Of a DNA stretch of 64,000 nt, positions 50,105 to 61,181 are shown one piece after another. The notes under the pieces were generated by a model. That model made no database searches and was not told where the DNA came from. It was given only the letters and a program-made list of their open reading frames with translations. Position 1 is the stretch's first letter; the number at the start of each line of letters is the position of its first letter. The position numbers and the translations under genes were made by a program. Source of the DNA: a bacterium. Lineage in GTDB: Bacteria; UBA8248. Where the stretch lies: positions 1 to 64,000 of the forward strand of contig CBDBZY010000013.1 of NCBI GenBank assembly GCA_965213685.1. Direction: 5' to 3'.

Positions 50105-50884
50105 CTAACCGCCGGGTCTGGGGCGCACCTCTATGTGCGGAAATATTTTTTCCGCGTTTTCCTTTCTGCCAAAAAAAACGGGGCCGTCGGCTTTCTCGCC
50201 GCCCGCGAGCTTTTCCAGCTCGAGGGCGCGGCCGTCCGGATGGTATGCGCCGCCGCCCACTTCCTGCAATATGGCCAAAGGCCCCAGGATGTCCCAGATT
50301 TGGGGCCTGTCCACCAGGGCGGCGATGACGCCTCCGGTGGCCGCATACGCCACGTGCGCGGAGGCGCTTCCGTACGCGACGGATTTCCCCGGATAGTCCA
50401 GCTTGTAGAAGCGCTTTCGGGAGGAGGGGCCCAGCATCACGGTTTGGTTGGTGATTTCCACCTCCTCGAGGGCGGGAAGCGCCTTCGCGTTTCTCGTGGC
50501 GCCCGCCCCCTGGAGGGCGAGAAACATCTCGTCCACCACGGGCATGTAGAATCCTCCGGCGACGGGCCTCCCGTTCTCCATGGCGCCGATGGATACGCCC
50601 CAGACGGGCAGGCCATGCAGAAACGGGTTTGTTCCATCGATGGGGTCAACGGCCCAAAGGCGCGAGCGCCCGCAAGACGGCGCCTCCCCGCCCCCGAGTT
50701 CTTCCCCGATGACGCAATCGCCGGGGAAGGACGCCCGCAGACGGGAGAGGATGAACCTTTCTACCGCGAAGTCGGCCTCGCTCACCAGGCTGCGGTCTTT
50801 TTTTCGGACGCCCCGCGCGCTGCTGGCGAACGACAGCGCCAGCTTGCCCGCCTCTTGCAGGGTTTGTTCCATGAATTCGAGCAT
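50105..50884 (-). CDS. Inositol monophosphatase family protein
   Basis: VSEAD, GEE, DPIDGT, WD. Confidence 0.9.
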   Translation of the reverse strand: MLEFMEQTLQEAGKLALSFASSARGVRKKDRSLVSEADFAVERFILSRLRASFPGDCVIGEELGGGEAPSCGRSRLWAVDPIDGTNPFLHGLPVWGVSIGAMENGRPVAGGFYMPVVDEMFLALQGAGATRNAKALPALEEVEITNQTVMLGPSSRKRFYKLDYPGKSVAYGSASAHVAYAATGGVIAALVDRPQIWDILGPLAILQEVGGGAYHPDGRALELEKLAGGEKADGPVFFGRKENAEKIFPHIEVRPRPGG

Positions 50885-51059
50885 GGGCGTGTCCAGGGCT
50901 CCGGCGGCGTTGGGCGCGTATCCATCCTTGCGGAATCAGCCTATCCCGTGGAAGGAAAACTTTCCAGCCCCCGGAGGAGTGCTGCATCATCGAAAGGCCA
51001 GCGCCTCGCGCCGCCAGAAGCGCTCCTCTTCGCCCCCTGTGCGGTGCGCGGGGCATGCG

Positions 51060-52769
51060 CGGGCGCCCCGCGTTTGATGGCGTGGATGACGTCTGCTCCG
51101 GTGCTCCGGGGCGCCGGAGGGTTCGCCTCGCGCCGTCCGGAGCAAATCCGGCGTTGCCCCCATGTCCATGCCCGCCCTCATCCTTGGTGTCGGGGCGATT
51201 CCCCCACGGGCCTGGGCGCGGGCGCGCCGGCTACGCCGTGATGCGCGTCATTCTCTGGAGGTGGCATGCGCGGATGCGCCGGAGGTGGCATCATCTGATT
51301 CCGCATGCACGGGTGCTGCGGCGCATCCGGGAGCTGTGCCGGCCCGCGCCCGGAGGGACGTGTTTTTCGGGCGGTGCGCCAGCCTGGCGCCGGCGTGGAT
51401 GCGCACTCGCGGCCCGGCGTCCGGGGAGTCGCATCCACAACATGGGAGCCTGGGGAGGGATGCCCGAACTCGCGCTTCAGGAGGGCGGTGCGCACGATGG
51501 CGGGTCAAAACGCGGGCGCGGGAAACTCGGAGCGGGGAGCGGTCGTCCGTCCGCGCCCGTTGCGCGCACTCCCGGGATTCGGGGCCATGAGGCGTGCGGC
51601 GGCGGCGGGTCGGCCCATCAGCAGCGCGGCGCGGTGCGCGATCTGCTGTCGGCGGAGGCCGTCCGCCTGATTCCGCATGCGCGGGTGCTGCGGCGCATCC
51701 GGGAGCTGTGCCGGCCCGCGCCCGGAGGGACGTGTTTTTCGGGCGGTGCGCCAGCCTGGCGCCGGCGTGGATGCGCACTCGCGGCCCGGCGTCCGGGGAG
51801 TCGCATCCACAACATGGGAGCCTGGGGAGGGATGCCCGAACTCGCGCTTCAGGAGGGCGGTGCGCACGATGGCGGGTCAAAACGCGGGCGCGGGAAACTC
51901 GGAGCAGGGGGCGGTCGTCCACCTGCGCCTGTTGCGCGCACTCCCGGGGTGCGGGGCCATGAGGCGCGCGGCGGCGGCGGGTCGGCCCATCGGCAGCGCG
52001 GCGCGGTGCGCGATCTGCTGTCGGCGGAGGCCGTCCGCCTGATTCCGCATGCGCGGGTGCTGCGGCGCATCCGGGAGCTGTGCCGGCCCGCGCCCGGAGG
52101 GACGTGTTTTTCGGGCGGTGCGCCAGCCTGGCGCCGGGGCGCATGCGCACTCGCGGCCCGGCGTCCGGGGAGTCGCATCCACAACATGGGAGCCTGGGGA
52201 GGGATGCCCGAACTCGCGCTTCAGGAGGGCGGTGCGCACGATGGCGGGTCAAAACGCGGGCGCGGGAAACTCGGAGCAGGGGGCGGTCGTCCACCTGCGC
52301 CTGTTGCGCGCACTCCCGGGGTGCGGGGCCATGAGGCGCGCGGCGGCGGCGGGTCGGCCCATCGGCGGCGCGGCGCGGTGCGCGATCGGCTGTCGGCGGA
52401 GGCCGGCGCATCCGGAGTCCAGCGGGAGGCCGTCCGCCTGATTCCGCATGCGCGGGTGCTGCGGCGCATCCGGGAGCTGTGCCGGCCCGCGCCCGGAGAG
52501 ACATGTTTTTCGGGCGGTGCGCCAGCCTGGCGCCGGGGCGCATGCGCACTCGCGGCCCGGGGAGCCGCGTCCACAACATGGGAGCATGGGGAGGATGCTC
52601 GGACTCACGCTTCAGGGGGGCGGTGCGCACGATGGCGGGTCAAAACGCGGGCGCGAGAAACTCGGAGCGGGGAGCGGTCGTCCGTCCGCGCCCGTTGCGC
52701 GCACTCCCGGGATTCGGGGCCATGAGGCCCGGCGCGGTGCGCGATCGGCTGTCGGCGGAGGCCGTCCGC
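51060..52769 (+). pseudogene. Decayed MATE transporter paralog whose 3' part is tandemly amplified
   Basis: Fragments MPALILGVGAIP, LIPHARVLRRI, AVRTMAGQNAGA, FGAMRR match the adjacent intact MATE in the same order. Confidence 0.7.
51295..52769. repeat. Tandem repeat, 4 units (372, 372, 399, ~332 bp)
   Basis: CTGATTCCGCATGC starts at 51295, 51667, 52039 and 52438; units nearly identical. Confidence 0.95.
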
Positions 52770-52796
52770 GACGCCGGGGCCTGAGCCGCGTTGCGC

Positions 52797-54176
52797 ATGA
52801 GGTCCGCCAAGCGATACGACTATACGAGGGACTCCATCGGGCCGGGGCTGTTTCGCCTGGCGGTTCCTTCCTGCCTGGAGCCGATAGCCTGGAACGCCGA
52901 TACGCTGATCGAGATATTCTGGGTGGGGCGTCTGGGGCCGGAATACCTGGCCGCCGTGTCCCTGAGCTTCATGCTCATCTTCTTTTTTCGCGCCGTCGGC
53001 TTCGGCGTCCGCATCGCGGGCAGCGCCCTGGTGGCCCAGAGAATCGGCGCGGGAGAACCCGGGCGCGCGAGCCATGCGGCGGGCCAGTCGTTTTTGCTCG
53101 CGGGCGTCTATTACGTCGCGATCAGCGCCCTGGGCTATATGTTCTCCGCCCGCCTGCTGGGGCTCTTGACCTCTGACGCCGAGGTGATGCGGGTGGGCGT
53201 TGGATATTTGCAGGCCTCGTTTCTCACCATCGCGTTCGTGGACGGCATTTTTACGGTCTCGCATCAGCTGAAGGCGGCGGGGGAGCCCGGGAAATCCTTG
53301 ATCGCTCTGGGAGTCTCGACGCTGCTGTCCGCCATCTGCATCCCCCTGCTCATCTTCGGCCTGGGGTCGTTCCCGGGGCTGGGGCTGCGGGGCGCGGCCT
53401 TCGGCATCGGAATCGGCCGGGTTGTCGGACTCCTCGTCGCCTTGTGGATTTTGACCTCGGGACGCTCGCGCCTCCACGTCAGGCCGTTCCACCTCAAGCC
53501 CCATGCGGCGACCATGCGGCGCATCATTTTGCTGGGCTGGCCTGCGGCGGCCCAGAACATGCTGGAGCGCGGCGCCCTGCTCATCCTGCTGAAGATTCTG
53601 GCGTTGTTCGGGCCCCTGGTGTTGGCCGCGTGGTCGATAGGAAATCGCCTGGGGACGGTCTCCCGCCTGCCCGGTTTCGGGATTCAGTCCGCCGTGCGCA
53701 CGATGGTGGGCCAAAACGTGGGCGCCAACCGGCCGGATCGGGCGCTGAGAAGCGTGCATCTCGCCATGTCCGGTCTGCTCATAGTGATGTGCGGCGTTAC
53801 GCTACTCCTGTATTGGTACGCCCGGGAAATTGTTCTCGTCTTCGGGATGCGGAACGAGGGCGTCGGGGTCGGCGTCGTTTGTGTGCGGATACTCACCGTC
53901 GGCACCTTGTTCGAGGCCATGCGCCGGATGCTGGCGGGCGCTTTTCAGGGAGCGGCCAACACGAAGCCGCCGATGATTGTGGAGGCCTTCATCCGATGGG
54001 GGTTCCAGATACCGCTCGCGTATTTCGCCGCCCTGCCGCTGGGGTTCGGCGCCGCCGGCGTATGGGGCGCGATGACGATCAGCCATTTCATGGGCGGCGT
54101 ATGCCTGTTGATCTGGTTTTTGGTCTGGAGCCGCAAAAGGGGAATCGGCTCGCACGCGGAAGGGAGGTCTTTTTGA
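52797..54176 (+). CDS. MATE family efflux transporter
   Basis: VGRLG..LAAV, VAQRIGAG, LIFG..FPGLG..GAA, VGQNVGA; about 12 TM. Confidence 0.93.
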   Translation: MRSAKRYDYTRDSIGPGLFRLAVPSCLEPIAWNADTLIEIFWVGRLGPEYLAAVSLSFMLIFFFRAVGFGVRIAGSALVAQRIGAGEPGRASHAAGQSFLLAGVYYVAISALGYMFSARLLGLLTSDAEVMRVGVGYLQASFLTIAFVDGIFTVSHQLKAAGEPGKSLIALGVSTLLSAICIPLLIFGLGSFPGLGLRGAAFGIGIGRVVGLLVALWILTSGRSRLHVRPFHLKPHAATMRRIILLGWPAAAQNMLERGALLILLKILALFGPLVLAAWSIGNRLGTVSRLPGFGIQSAVRTMVGQNVGANRPDRALRSVHLAMSGLLIVMCGVTLLLYWYAREIVLVFGMRNEGVGVGVVCVRILTVGTLFEAMRRMLAGAFQGAANTKPPMIVEAFIRWGFQIPLAYFAALPLGFGAAGVWGAMTISHFMGGVCLLIWFLVWSRKRGIGSHAEGRSF

Positions 54177-54337
54177 GGAGGACGCTCCGGTTTCGGGGCG
54201 TCTGGAGGGCCGGGCGGCGCGGCGCGCAGAAGATGAAACGCGCGCGCGGCTGCCGGGTGGTAGTATATGTCGTGAAAACGCCTGATTTTCCGTTTGTTTT
54301 TCGCTGCGAAGCGCGCGCGGTGGATTCCGGGGGCGGG

Positions 54338-56713
54338 ATGTTCATGATCCACAAAATGGGCGGCCTCTTTTTGGCCTTGGTGCTCCTGCTGTTCGCCTCT
54401 CCGCCCGCAGGTGGGGCGAGGGCGGCGTCGGGAGAGGCGGCGGAGGCGCGGGACTGGACGATCGTTTTGGGGGAGGCGGCCCGCTATGTGCGAGGCGACG
54501 CGAAGACCCCCGGCCTTACGCAGGGACACCTGCTCCTGGTGCGGCAGATTCGCGCGCGGGCGAATGACGCGAAGGCGCGACTCCAGGAGGAGCTGCGCCT
54601 TTCCCGAAAGCTGCTCCGGGCCGTCGGTCCCCCGCCGCCTGGGGGCGGCCCGCCGGAGGCGAGGGGGCTCGCGGAGAAAAGAGAGGGGTATCAACGTCGC
54701 ATCGCGGCCGTTCGGGCGCGCATCGCCGAGGCGGATTTGGCCCTGGTGCGCGCGGAAGAACTCGAAGAGGCGTTGTCCGCCGCGAGGCTGGAACGATTTC
54801 TGGGGGACATGTACAGCCGCACGCCGATACCCTTCTCCCCGGGCGTCATCGCCCGGGGCGGTCCGGAAATGATGGCGAGGCTGGGGCGCATCCTCCGCTC
54901 TCCGTCGGATTGGCGCGCCCAGCTGCCTCCCGGGGCGGGGGTCGGCGGCGTTTTGCTGCCGGGGGCGGTGATTCTGATCTTCGGCGCGTTTTTGGGGTGG
55001 GCGATACGGCGAAGCGTTCTGGACATGTTTGGCCGCGACCCCAATGTGCCGGAGCCCTCCTACGCGCGTCGGTTCGGCGCCGCCGTCGCCGAGGGCGTCG
55101 GCAATGGCGCTTTGCCGGGCGTCATTCTGACGGCCCTGTATGTATGGGTGACCCGGCCAGGCGCCCTGGTGAGCGGATTGTTCGCCGGGGCGCTCGCCTC
55201 GTTTCTTTTGTCCGCGCTCTTTTTTGTCGGGGTGGTTGCGTTCGCCAGGGCGTTCCTCTCCCCCGATCAGTCGACATGGCGGCTCACGAGCCAGTCTCCG
55301 GCGGACGCGCAAGGCGCATATCGATGGATTCTCGTTCTGGCGGCGCTCTTCTCCATCGACATGTTTTTTTCGAACATCGGACATGAGAGAGAGGGCTCCG
55401 CCGAGTCCATGGCCGTCTACGCGGCGCTGTTCGGCGTTCTGGAGGGCCTGTTTTTCGTGCGGCTGAGCCGGTGGGAGCTCTGGCGAACGGAGGCGGCTTC
55501 AGAGGGCGCGGCCCGGGAGCGGGGCAGGGCGTGGAGGCTCGCCTGCCGCACCGCGCGGGGGCTTGCCGTGGTAGGCGTTGTCGCCTTGTGCGCCGGCTAT
55601 GGCGTTTTCGGCAGGCGCCTCCTCACCAACCTGATTCTGACGGGCCTCCTGCTCCTGGTCATGGCGTTGCTGCGCGGGCTGATACGCGAACTCGTATCCT
55701 GGCTGAGCCGCTCGGCATTCGTCCGGGAGAAGCTGCGCCTCTCCTCCGGCGCGCTGGGGGCGCTGCGCTCCTGGGAGCGGGCCATGGTAGATCCGCTCGT
55801 CCTCGTTCTGGGCGTCGTCCTCATCGTGCCCGTTTGGGGCGTGCCGGCGGACGTTCTCATCCGCTGGACGGCAGGGGTGCTGACCGAATTCCAGGTGGGC
55901 AGCGTTCGCATCTCCATCGTCGACATCGTCCTGGCTGTCCTCGTGTTTTTTCTCGCCATGGCGGGAGTGCGCTTTTTGCAGAGGCAGCTGTCCGAACGCC
56001 TCCTGGAGCAGACGGGTCTGCCTTCGGGCGTTCGCCACTCCCTCAACGCAGGGCTGGGCTATGCGGGCGTGATCGTCGCGGTGCTGCTGAGCATTTCGGT
56101 GACGGGGGTCGACCTCTCGAACCTTGCGCTCGTGGCCAGTGCGCTTTCCGTCGGCATCGGCTTCGGACTGCAAAACGTGGTGAACAATTTTGTTTCCGGG
56201 CTGATCCTCCTGGCGGAGAGGCCCGTCAAGGTGGGGGATTGGGTTCGCGTGGGGAACCATGAGGGAATCGTGAAGAAAATACAGTTTCGCGCGACGGAGC
56301 TGGAGACCTGGCAGCGGGCTTCGGTCATCATCCCGAACGCGGAGATCGTCTCGACGTCGGTCGTCAACCTGACCCATCGGGACCAATACGGCCGCGTGGA
56401 GGTCGGGGTCGGCGTGGCGTATGACTCCGACGTGCAGAAGGTGCGGGAGATTTTGCTGGACGTGGCCAGGAAGAACGAGCGGGTGAGCGAGTTTCCCGCC
56501 CCCGGCGTCGTGTTTCGCGATTTTGGCGAGAGCAGCCTGGACTTCGAGCTGCGCTGCTTCACCTCCAACGTGATGGGCCGATTGGGGGTCGGGAGCGATT
56601 TGCGATTCGAGATCGAGCGCAGGCTTCGCGAGGCGGGCGTCGAGATACCCTTCCCGCAAAGGGTGGTGCACCTGACGAATCCGCCGGAAGGGGAGCGGGC
56701 GGAAGACCCGTAG
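54338..56713 (+). CDS. MscS/MscK family mechanosensitive channel
   Basis: ALSVGIGFGLQNVVNNFVSG, ERPVKVGD, IPN, IPFPQR. Confidence 0.93.
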   Translation: MFMIHKMGGLFLALVLLLFASPPAGGARAASGEAAEARDWTIVLGEAARYVRGDAKTPGLTQGHLLLVRQIRARANDAKARLQEELRLSRKLLRAVGPPPPGGGPPEARGLAEKREGYQRRIAAVRARIAEADLALVRAEELEEALSAARLERFLGDMYSRTPIPFSPGVIARGGPEMMARLGRILRSPSDWRAQLPPGAGVGGVLLPGAVILIFGAFLGWAIRRSVLDMFGRDPNVPEPSYARRFGAAVAEGVGNGALPGVILTALYVWVTRPGALVSGLFAGALASFLLSALFFVGVVAFARAFLSPDQSTWRLTSQSPADAQGAYRWILVLAALFSIDMFFSNIGHEREGSAESMAVYAALFGVLEGLFFVRLSRWELWRTEAASEGAARERGRAWRLACRTARGLAVVGVVALCAGYGVFGRRLLTNLILTGLLLLVMALLRGLIRELVSWLSRSAFVREKLRLSSGALGALRSWERAMVDPLVLVLGVVLIVPVWGVPADVLIRWTAGVLTEFQVGSVRISIVDIVLAVLVFFLAMAGVRFLQRQLSERLLEQTGLPSGVRHSLNAGLGYAGVIVAVLLSISVTGVDLSNLALVASALSVGIGFGLQNVVNNFVSGLILLAERPVKVGDWVRVGNHEGIVKKIQFRATELETWQRASVIIPNAEIVSTSVVNLTHRDQYGRVEVGVGVAYDSDVQKVREILLDVARKNERVSEFPAPGVVFRDFGESSLDFELRCFTSNVMGRLGVGSDLRFEIERRLREAGVEIPFPQRVVHLTNPPEGERAEDP

Positions 56714-56716
56714 CCG

Positions 56717-57734
56717 CTATCTGTACGTGTAGGGTTTCGGCGCGGGCCTTGGGCCAATCCTGTTTTTCATGACGCCCAGCGGCCCCATGTCGATCTCCAC
56801 GACATCCCCCGGCTGAATCCAGCGGTCGATCTCCATGCCGCATCCCCCGGGAACGGTGCCCGAGCCCAGCAGATCTCCGGTGAGGAGGTTTTCGTCCCGC
56901 GCGGTGTAGGCGAGCATCTGCCCGAAAGTCCAATACATTTCCCCGGGGGTGGTCTCTATCCAGGTTTCTCCGTTCACCCGCGCGGCCATGGGGATGGTCC
57001 GCGGGTCGCCGACCTCGTCGGGCGTCGCTATCCAGGGACCGAGGCTCCAGCACCAGTCCTTGCTTTTGTAGGGCCCGGTGCCCATCGCCATCTCGCCGCC
57101 CTGGGCGTCCCGGGCGCTCCAGTCGTTCAGTATGGCGTAGCCAAAGATGTGCGCATCCGCGTCTTCCTCGGAAATGTCCCGGCCCGGGGCGCCGACCACG
57201 CAGCAGAACTCCAGCTCAAAATCCATCTTGTCGGTAAAACTGGGCCAGGGGACTTCCTCCTCCGGCCCGGCCATGTGGGCGCAGCTCGCCTTGAAGGCGA
57301 GGGGGCGCTCATACCAGGTTTGGGGAATCTCCAGGCCCATCGTCGCAAACGTTTTTTTGAGGTGGCGCTCGAAGCCGGCGAAGCCGCGAATGAGGGGCGG
57401 GCGTTTGATGGGCGCCAGAAGCCGGGCTTCGTCCGGGGCGTATATGAGCTGCTCCCCGCGGGGGGCCGGCGGCGCCATCATGCGCGAGGGCGTATCCGAG
57501 GGCCTCCTCTGCGGCCTCGACCCCGCCCTGGCCCGCCGCCGCGAGCGCCAGCATGTCGGATGGAATGAGGGCGTCCGCCATGGCCTGGGCGCGCGAGGAG
57601 CCGCGCTGCCGGAATTGCGCCGCCGCGGCGAAATTGAGGTCGACGTATCGGAAGTCGCCGCCTTGGGATACGACGGCGCCCAGGCGCTCGAACGGGCCGA
57701 CGGGCGTTCGCACTTCAAAGGTGCAAAGTTTCAT
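56717..57734 (-). CDS. Fumarylacetoacetate hydrolase family, +1 frameshift at 57460-57465
   Basis: DFELE, NDWSARD, K.W..SLGP, GD..GSGT; N-terminus MKLCTF in another frame. Confidence 0.85.
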
Positions 57735-58038
57735 GGCGTCTCTCCGGGTTCGGTGAATTTGTGAAGTCGTCCGTCGCATCCGGCTGGAGGGGGGGCGGAC
57801 AAGTTTTTTGATGGGGACCCGGGGAGCGGGCCCGTCGTGGGCGCGCCCTCTCCCTGGCGGGGCCGCCTCCTTCTTCCGCCATTATAGCCCAGAATGATAG
57901 CCTGGATGGGCCTCGTGTGGCTACCGCCGGGTGCGCGCCGCCGCCGGCGATGGGCGCGAGGCGGGCTTCCTGCCTGCTGGCCCCGCGCTTGCGGCACTCC
58001 CTGAAAACCTCCCTCCCCGAGCGGACGTCCAGTCCCGT

Positions 58039-58563
58039 TTATTGCAAGTCGACCTTGTCCTTCTCGTCCGTTTCCGGAAAGGGGCCTTCCTTGATTTCGA
58101 TGAGCTTGGAATCATCCTCCAGAAATTCCACCTCATGCCCTTCGTACATCAGTATGAGGTCGTCGCGCCGCAAAACCGCATCGCCCAGGCTCTCTCCGTC
58201 CCTGGTGAACACGCCCACCCGGACGCTCCCGCGCTGGCACAGGAGAATCTGGTGCCGGGTCGCGTTCGTGGGCCTCTCCTCCACCACGTGATAATGCGCT
58301 TTGGTGATGGCGCCTTTGGGTCTGTTCAGGACGATGATTTGAAGGGGTACGTCATCGTCCGTCAGGTGCGCCTTGGTGTTGCGCTCCGCGTCGACGTCCT
58401 GGCCGGCGTATGCGGCGCGGATATGCTCTTTCGCCTCGTCGGTGTCCAGGTAGGGAGGGAATTTGGCGTAGTCGTTGAAATCTCCCTTGACGTGTATGGC
58501 GACGATGCGCCCGTCGGCGGCCTTGTAGTAGTCCACGCTTCGGGAATCCACCTCTAAAGACAT
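58039..58563 (-). CDS. Cupin-fold hypothetical protein
   Basis: KAHYH, QILL..G.VRV, GHEVEFLE, EIKEGP. Confidence 0.65.
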   Translation of the reverse strand: MSLEVDSRSVDYYKAADGRIVAIHVKGDFNDYAKFPPYLDTDEAKEHIRAAYAGQDVDAERNTKAHLTDDDVPLQIIVLNRPKGAITKAHYHVVEERPTNATRHQILLCQRGSVRVGVFTRDGESLGDAVLRRDDLILMYEGHEVEFLEDDSKLIEIKEGPFPETDEKDKVDLQ

Positions 58564-58639
58564 CGTTCTTCCTCCGGTGCGATGGAAAACGGGGAAACGG
58601 AATCTCCGGTGCGGCCGCCGGAATGGATTCTGCGCGAAA

Positions 58640-59524
58640 TCACGAATCCGCCTGCGTGATCTTCATGTGAAAATCCAGCGGGGGTGCTGCGCGGACGAGC
58701 GCGCTGGTGGAAATGTAGTCCACCCCCGTCGCCGCGATGCTTCGCATGTCGCCGCCGCCGACGCCGGAGGCCTCGAGCTCGTAGGGTTTTCCGGTCCTGG
58801 AGGCGCGGCCCGCCTCCCGGGTGCGGGCGACAGCCTTCCGGAGCGCCCGGACGTCCATGTTGTCCAGCAGGATCATGCGCACCCGCCCGTCCCGGATGAC
58901 TTCTTCGAGCTGCGTCAGATTCTGCACCTCGATCTGGATGTCCGTCATGTAGCGCTTGCCGAATTGCGCGTCGATGGCGGCGGGGATGGAGCCCGCCGCC
59001 GCAATGTCGTTGTCTTTTATCATCACGCCGTCGAAGAAGCCGAACCGATGATTTTGCCCGCCGCCCGCCCGGACGGCGTATTTTTCAAAATAGCGCAGCC
59101 CCGGCCGGTTCTTTCTCGTGTCCACGATCCCCCGGAGCGTTTCGGGCAAATCCCCGAGGCGGGCCAGCGTGTCCGCCGTGTGCGTGGCGATTTCCGATAT
59201 GTGGGAGAGGAGGTTGAGCGCGGTGCGCTCCGCCTTGAGGATGGTCTGGGCGTGGCCGGAAACGGACGCCAGAACCTCCCCCCTGGAAATTCGGGCACCC
59301 TCGCCCTTTCGCCAGCGGACCACGGGGGGCCGGCTTGGCCCCAGGGCGAGGAGGTTCTGGGTTTCCTCCAGGACGGGAAGGAAAAACGGGCGGCCTGCGA
59401 GAATGGCGTCGCTCTTCGAGCGCAACTCCGCCGCGCACCAGGGTTGTTTTTCCGCCTCGTAGTGGAGGGGCGCGCCTCCAAAGTCCTCCAGGAGCCATGC
59501 GCGAATTTTGGAGCGGATGTCCAT
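58640..59524 (-). CDS. nadC: Nicotinate-nucleotide pyrophosphorylase
   Basis: ERTALN, DTRK, GG.NHRFG, MIKDN, LLDNM, GVDYIS. Confidence 0.94.
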   Translation of the reverse strand: MDIRSKIRAWLLEDFGGAPLHYEAEKQPWCAAELRSKSDAILAGRPFFLPVLEETQNLLALGPSRPPVVRWRKGEGARISRGEVLASVSGHAQTILKAERTALNLLSHISEIATHTADTLARLGDLPETLRGIVDTRKNRPGLRYFEKYAVRAGGGQNHRFGFFDGVMIKDNDIAAAGSIPAAIDAQFGKRYMTDIQIEVQNLTQLEEVIRDGRVRMILLDNMDVRALRKAVARTREAGRASRTGKPYELEASGVGGGDMRSIAATGVDYISTSALVRAAPPLDFHMKITQADS

Positions 59525-59555
59525 GTGTCGTCCATACGCCGAATGACGCCGCGCG

Positions 59556-60680
59556 CTATGCGATCTCCAGCATGCGTTCGATGGGGATTCGCGCGCGCCG
59601 CGCCAGCTCCGCGTCCACGGTAATTTCATGCTTGCGGTCGCGCAGGCATTCGTAGAGGTTTTGCAGCGTGTTTTGTTTCATGTAGGCGCAGAGCGCCTCG
59701 CGGCTCGCGGGGATCAGGGTCTTCTCCGGAACCGCCTTGGACATGGGGTGGAGGTTTCCGACCTCGGTGGCCACGATGACCTCGGAGTGCGGGACTTCCC
59801 CGACCAGCTGGATCATGCCCTGGGTGGATCGGAACTGGAGCATGTCCTCGGGCACGATGCCGTCGTTCACCTGGCGCATGCAGGCGCTGGTGCATCCGCA
59901 CTCCGGGTGCACCACGGTGATGGCTTCGGGGTGCAGGCGCTGCTGCTCGGCGACGTGATGCGGGCGGATTCTCTCATGCACGTGACACGCGCCCATCATG
60001 AGGTGGAGCCGGTCCAGCGAATGTCCCCTGCTCTCCAGGAGCTTGGCCGCGTAGAAACCCAGAAAGACGTCGGGCAAAAAGAGTATGGGCTGCCCGGGCC
60101 TGGACTGCTCCAGGACGTGGAGGGTGACCTTGCCCGCGTTGGCCGACGCGCAGCAGTAGTCGCTCTCCGCCTTCACCTCCAGGTACGTGTTGACGTAGCT
60201 GATGACGATTCCGTCTGGATGCGCTCTCCTCCATTCCCGAATCTTCCCGGCGTCGGCGTGGGCGGCCAGGGAGCAAAGCGCCTGGAGGCTGGGGGCCAGA
60301 ACCGTCTGGTGCGGCTTTTTGAGCGCGGCCAGAATCTGGTTCATGAACAACACGGACGGCTCGACGAGGTAGTCCGCATCGGAGGCGGCGCCCTGCCGGG
60401 CGAGAAACAACGAGTCGCCAATGATGTCGGACACGTCCTGAATGTCTTCGGGCACGTAATTGTGGGCGAGGACGAGGGCGTTTCTCTCCTTCTTGAGGCG
60501 CCTGATCTCGCCTTGCAGAAATTCCCTTTCCTCCTCCGTGACGTTCTCGGGGTGGGCGTCTTCCGGGATTTCGGGAACGTCGATGGAGGGGCCCAGGTCC
60601 GTTTGGTCCATCAGGGCGATGGCGTCTTTTGCGGGGAGGATGTCGCCGGCTTCCACATCTCGGATCATTGTGAACTCCAT
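59556..60680 (-). CDS. nadA: Quinolinate synthase
   Basis: LAHNY, GDSL.L, CSLA, YVNT, PD..LG, CHVH, HPEC, C.YMK. Confidence 0.94.
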   Translation of the reverse strand: MEFTMIRDVEAGDILPAKDAIALMDQTDLGPSIDVPEIPEDAHPENVTEEEREFLQGEIRRLKKERNALVLAHNYVPEDIQDVSDIIGDSLFLARQGAASDADYLVEPSVLFMNQILAALKKPHQTVLAPSLQALCSLAAHADAGKIREWRRAHPDGIVISYVNTYLEVKAESDYCCASANAGKVTLHVLEQSRPGQPILFLPDVFLGFYAAKLLESRGHSLDRLHLMMGACHVHERIRPHHVAEQQRLHPEAITVVHPECGCTSACMRQVNDGIVPEDMLQFRSTQGMIQLVGEVPHSEVIVATEVGNLHPMSKAVPEKTLIPASREALCAYMKQNTLQNLYECLRDRKHEITVDAELARRARIPIERMLEIA

Positions 60681-61181
60681 GTATGGGAATGTCCGTAACC
60701 AGTGCGTTTCAACCGCTGCGCTGCACGCCGTCCGGCGGCGCGAGCCTTATCGCTTGCGCAAAAAATCACAAGCGAGGGAAAAATAATAAGTCCTCGGTCC
60801 GGTCTACGCAACCCACCTCTGAGGATGAAGCCTCACGCGGCCCACGCCATTTTTCTCCTTGAGGTCTTCTCCGCGAGTCCGCCGCTTCTCGCGCGCATCC
60901 GACCCATTATTTCATGATTTGTATGCGCAAGCAAAATAGAAGTGGCGAGAGACTATGATTTTTCTTGCCGAGCGGCATTCTTTTTGTTAGGTTTCATAAT
61001 CAGGGTTTTCCCTTTAAGGATGGGAAAACAACGGGCGGGGCGCGTCTTTCCGTTCATGGAATCGCACTTGTGGGTCGCCGGAGGAGACGACCCGTTTTTT
61101 GTTTCCCTGGCCGGCCGGTGCGCGGCTCCTCCGGCCGCGTCCGTTTCGCGCGAGGAAATCGGCGGTTTTGGGGAATCCATC

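Noticed and set aside
51055-52725. 556-aa repeat protein (and the antisense 460-aa ORF)
   Set aside because: Arg/Gly/Ala-rich mosaic of shifted MATE frames; openness is explained by high GC and a unit length divisible by 3
51295-52769. CRISPR array or MITE array
   Set aside because: No short repeat with unique spacers, no terminal inverted repeats seen and no cas genes; the units derive from MATE coding sequence
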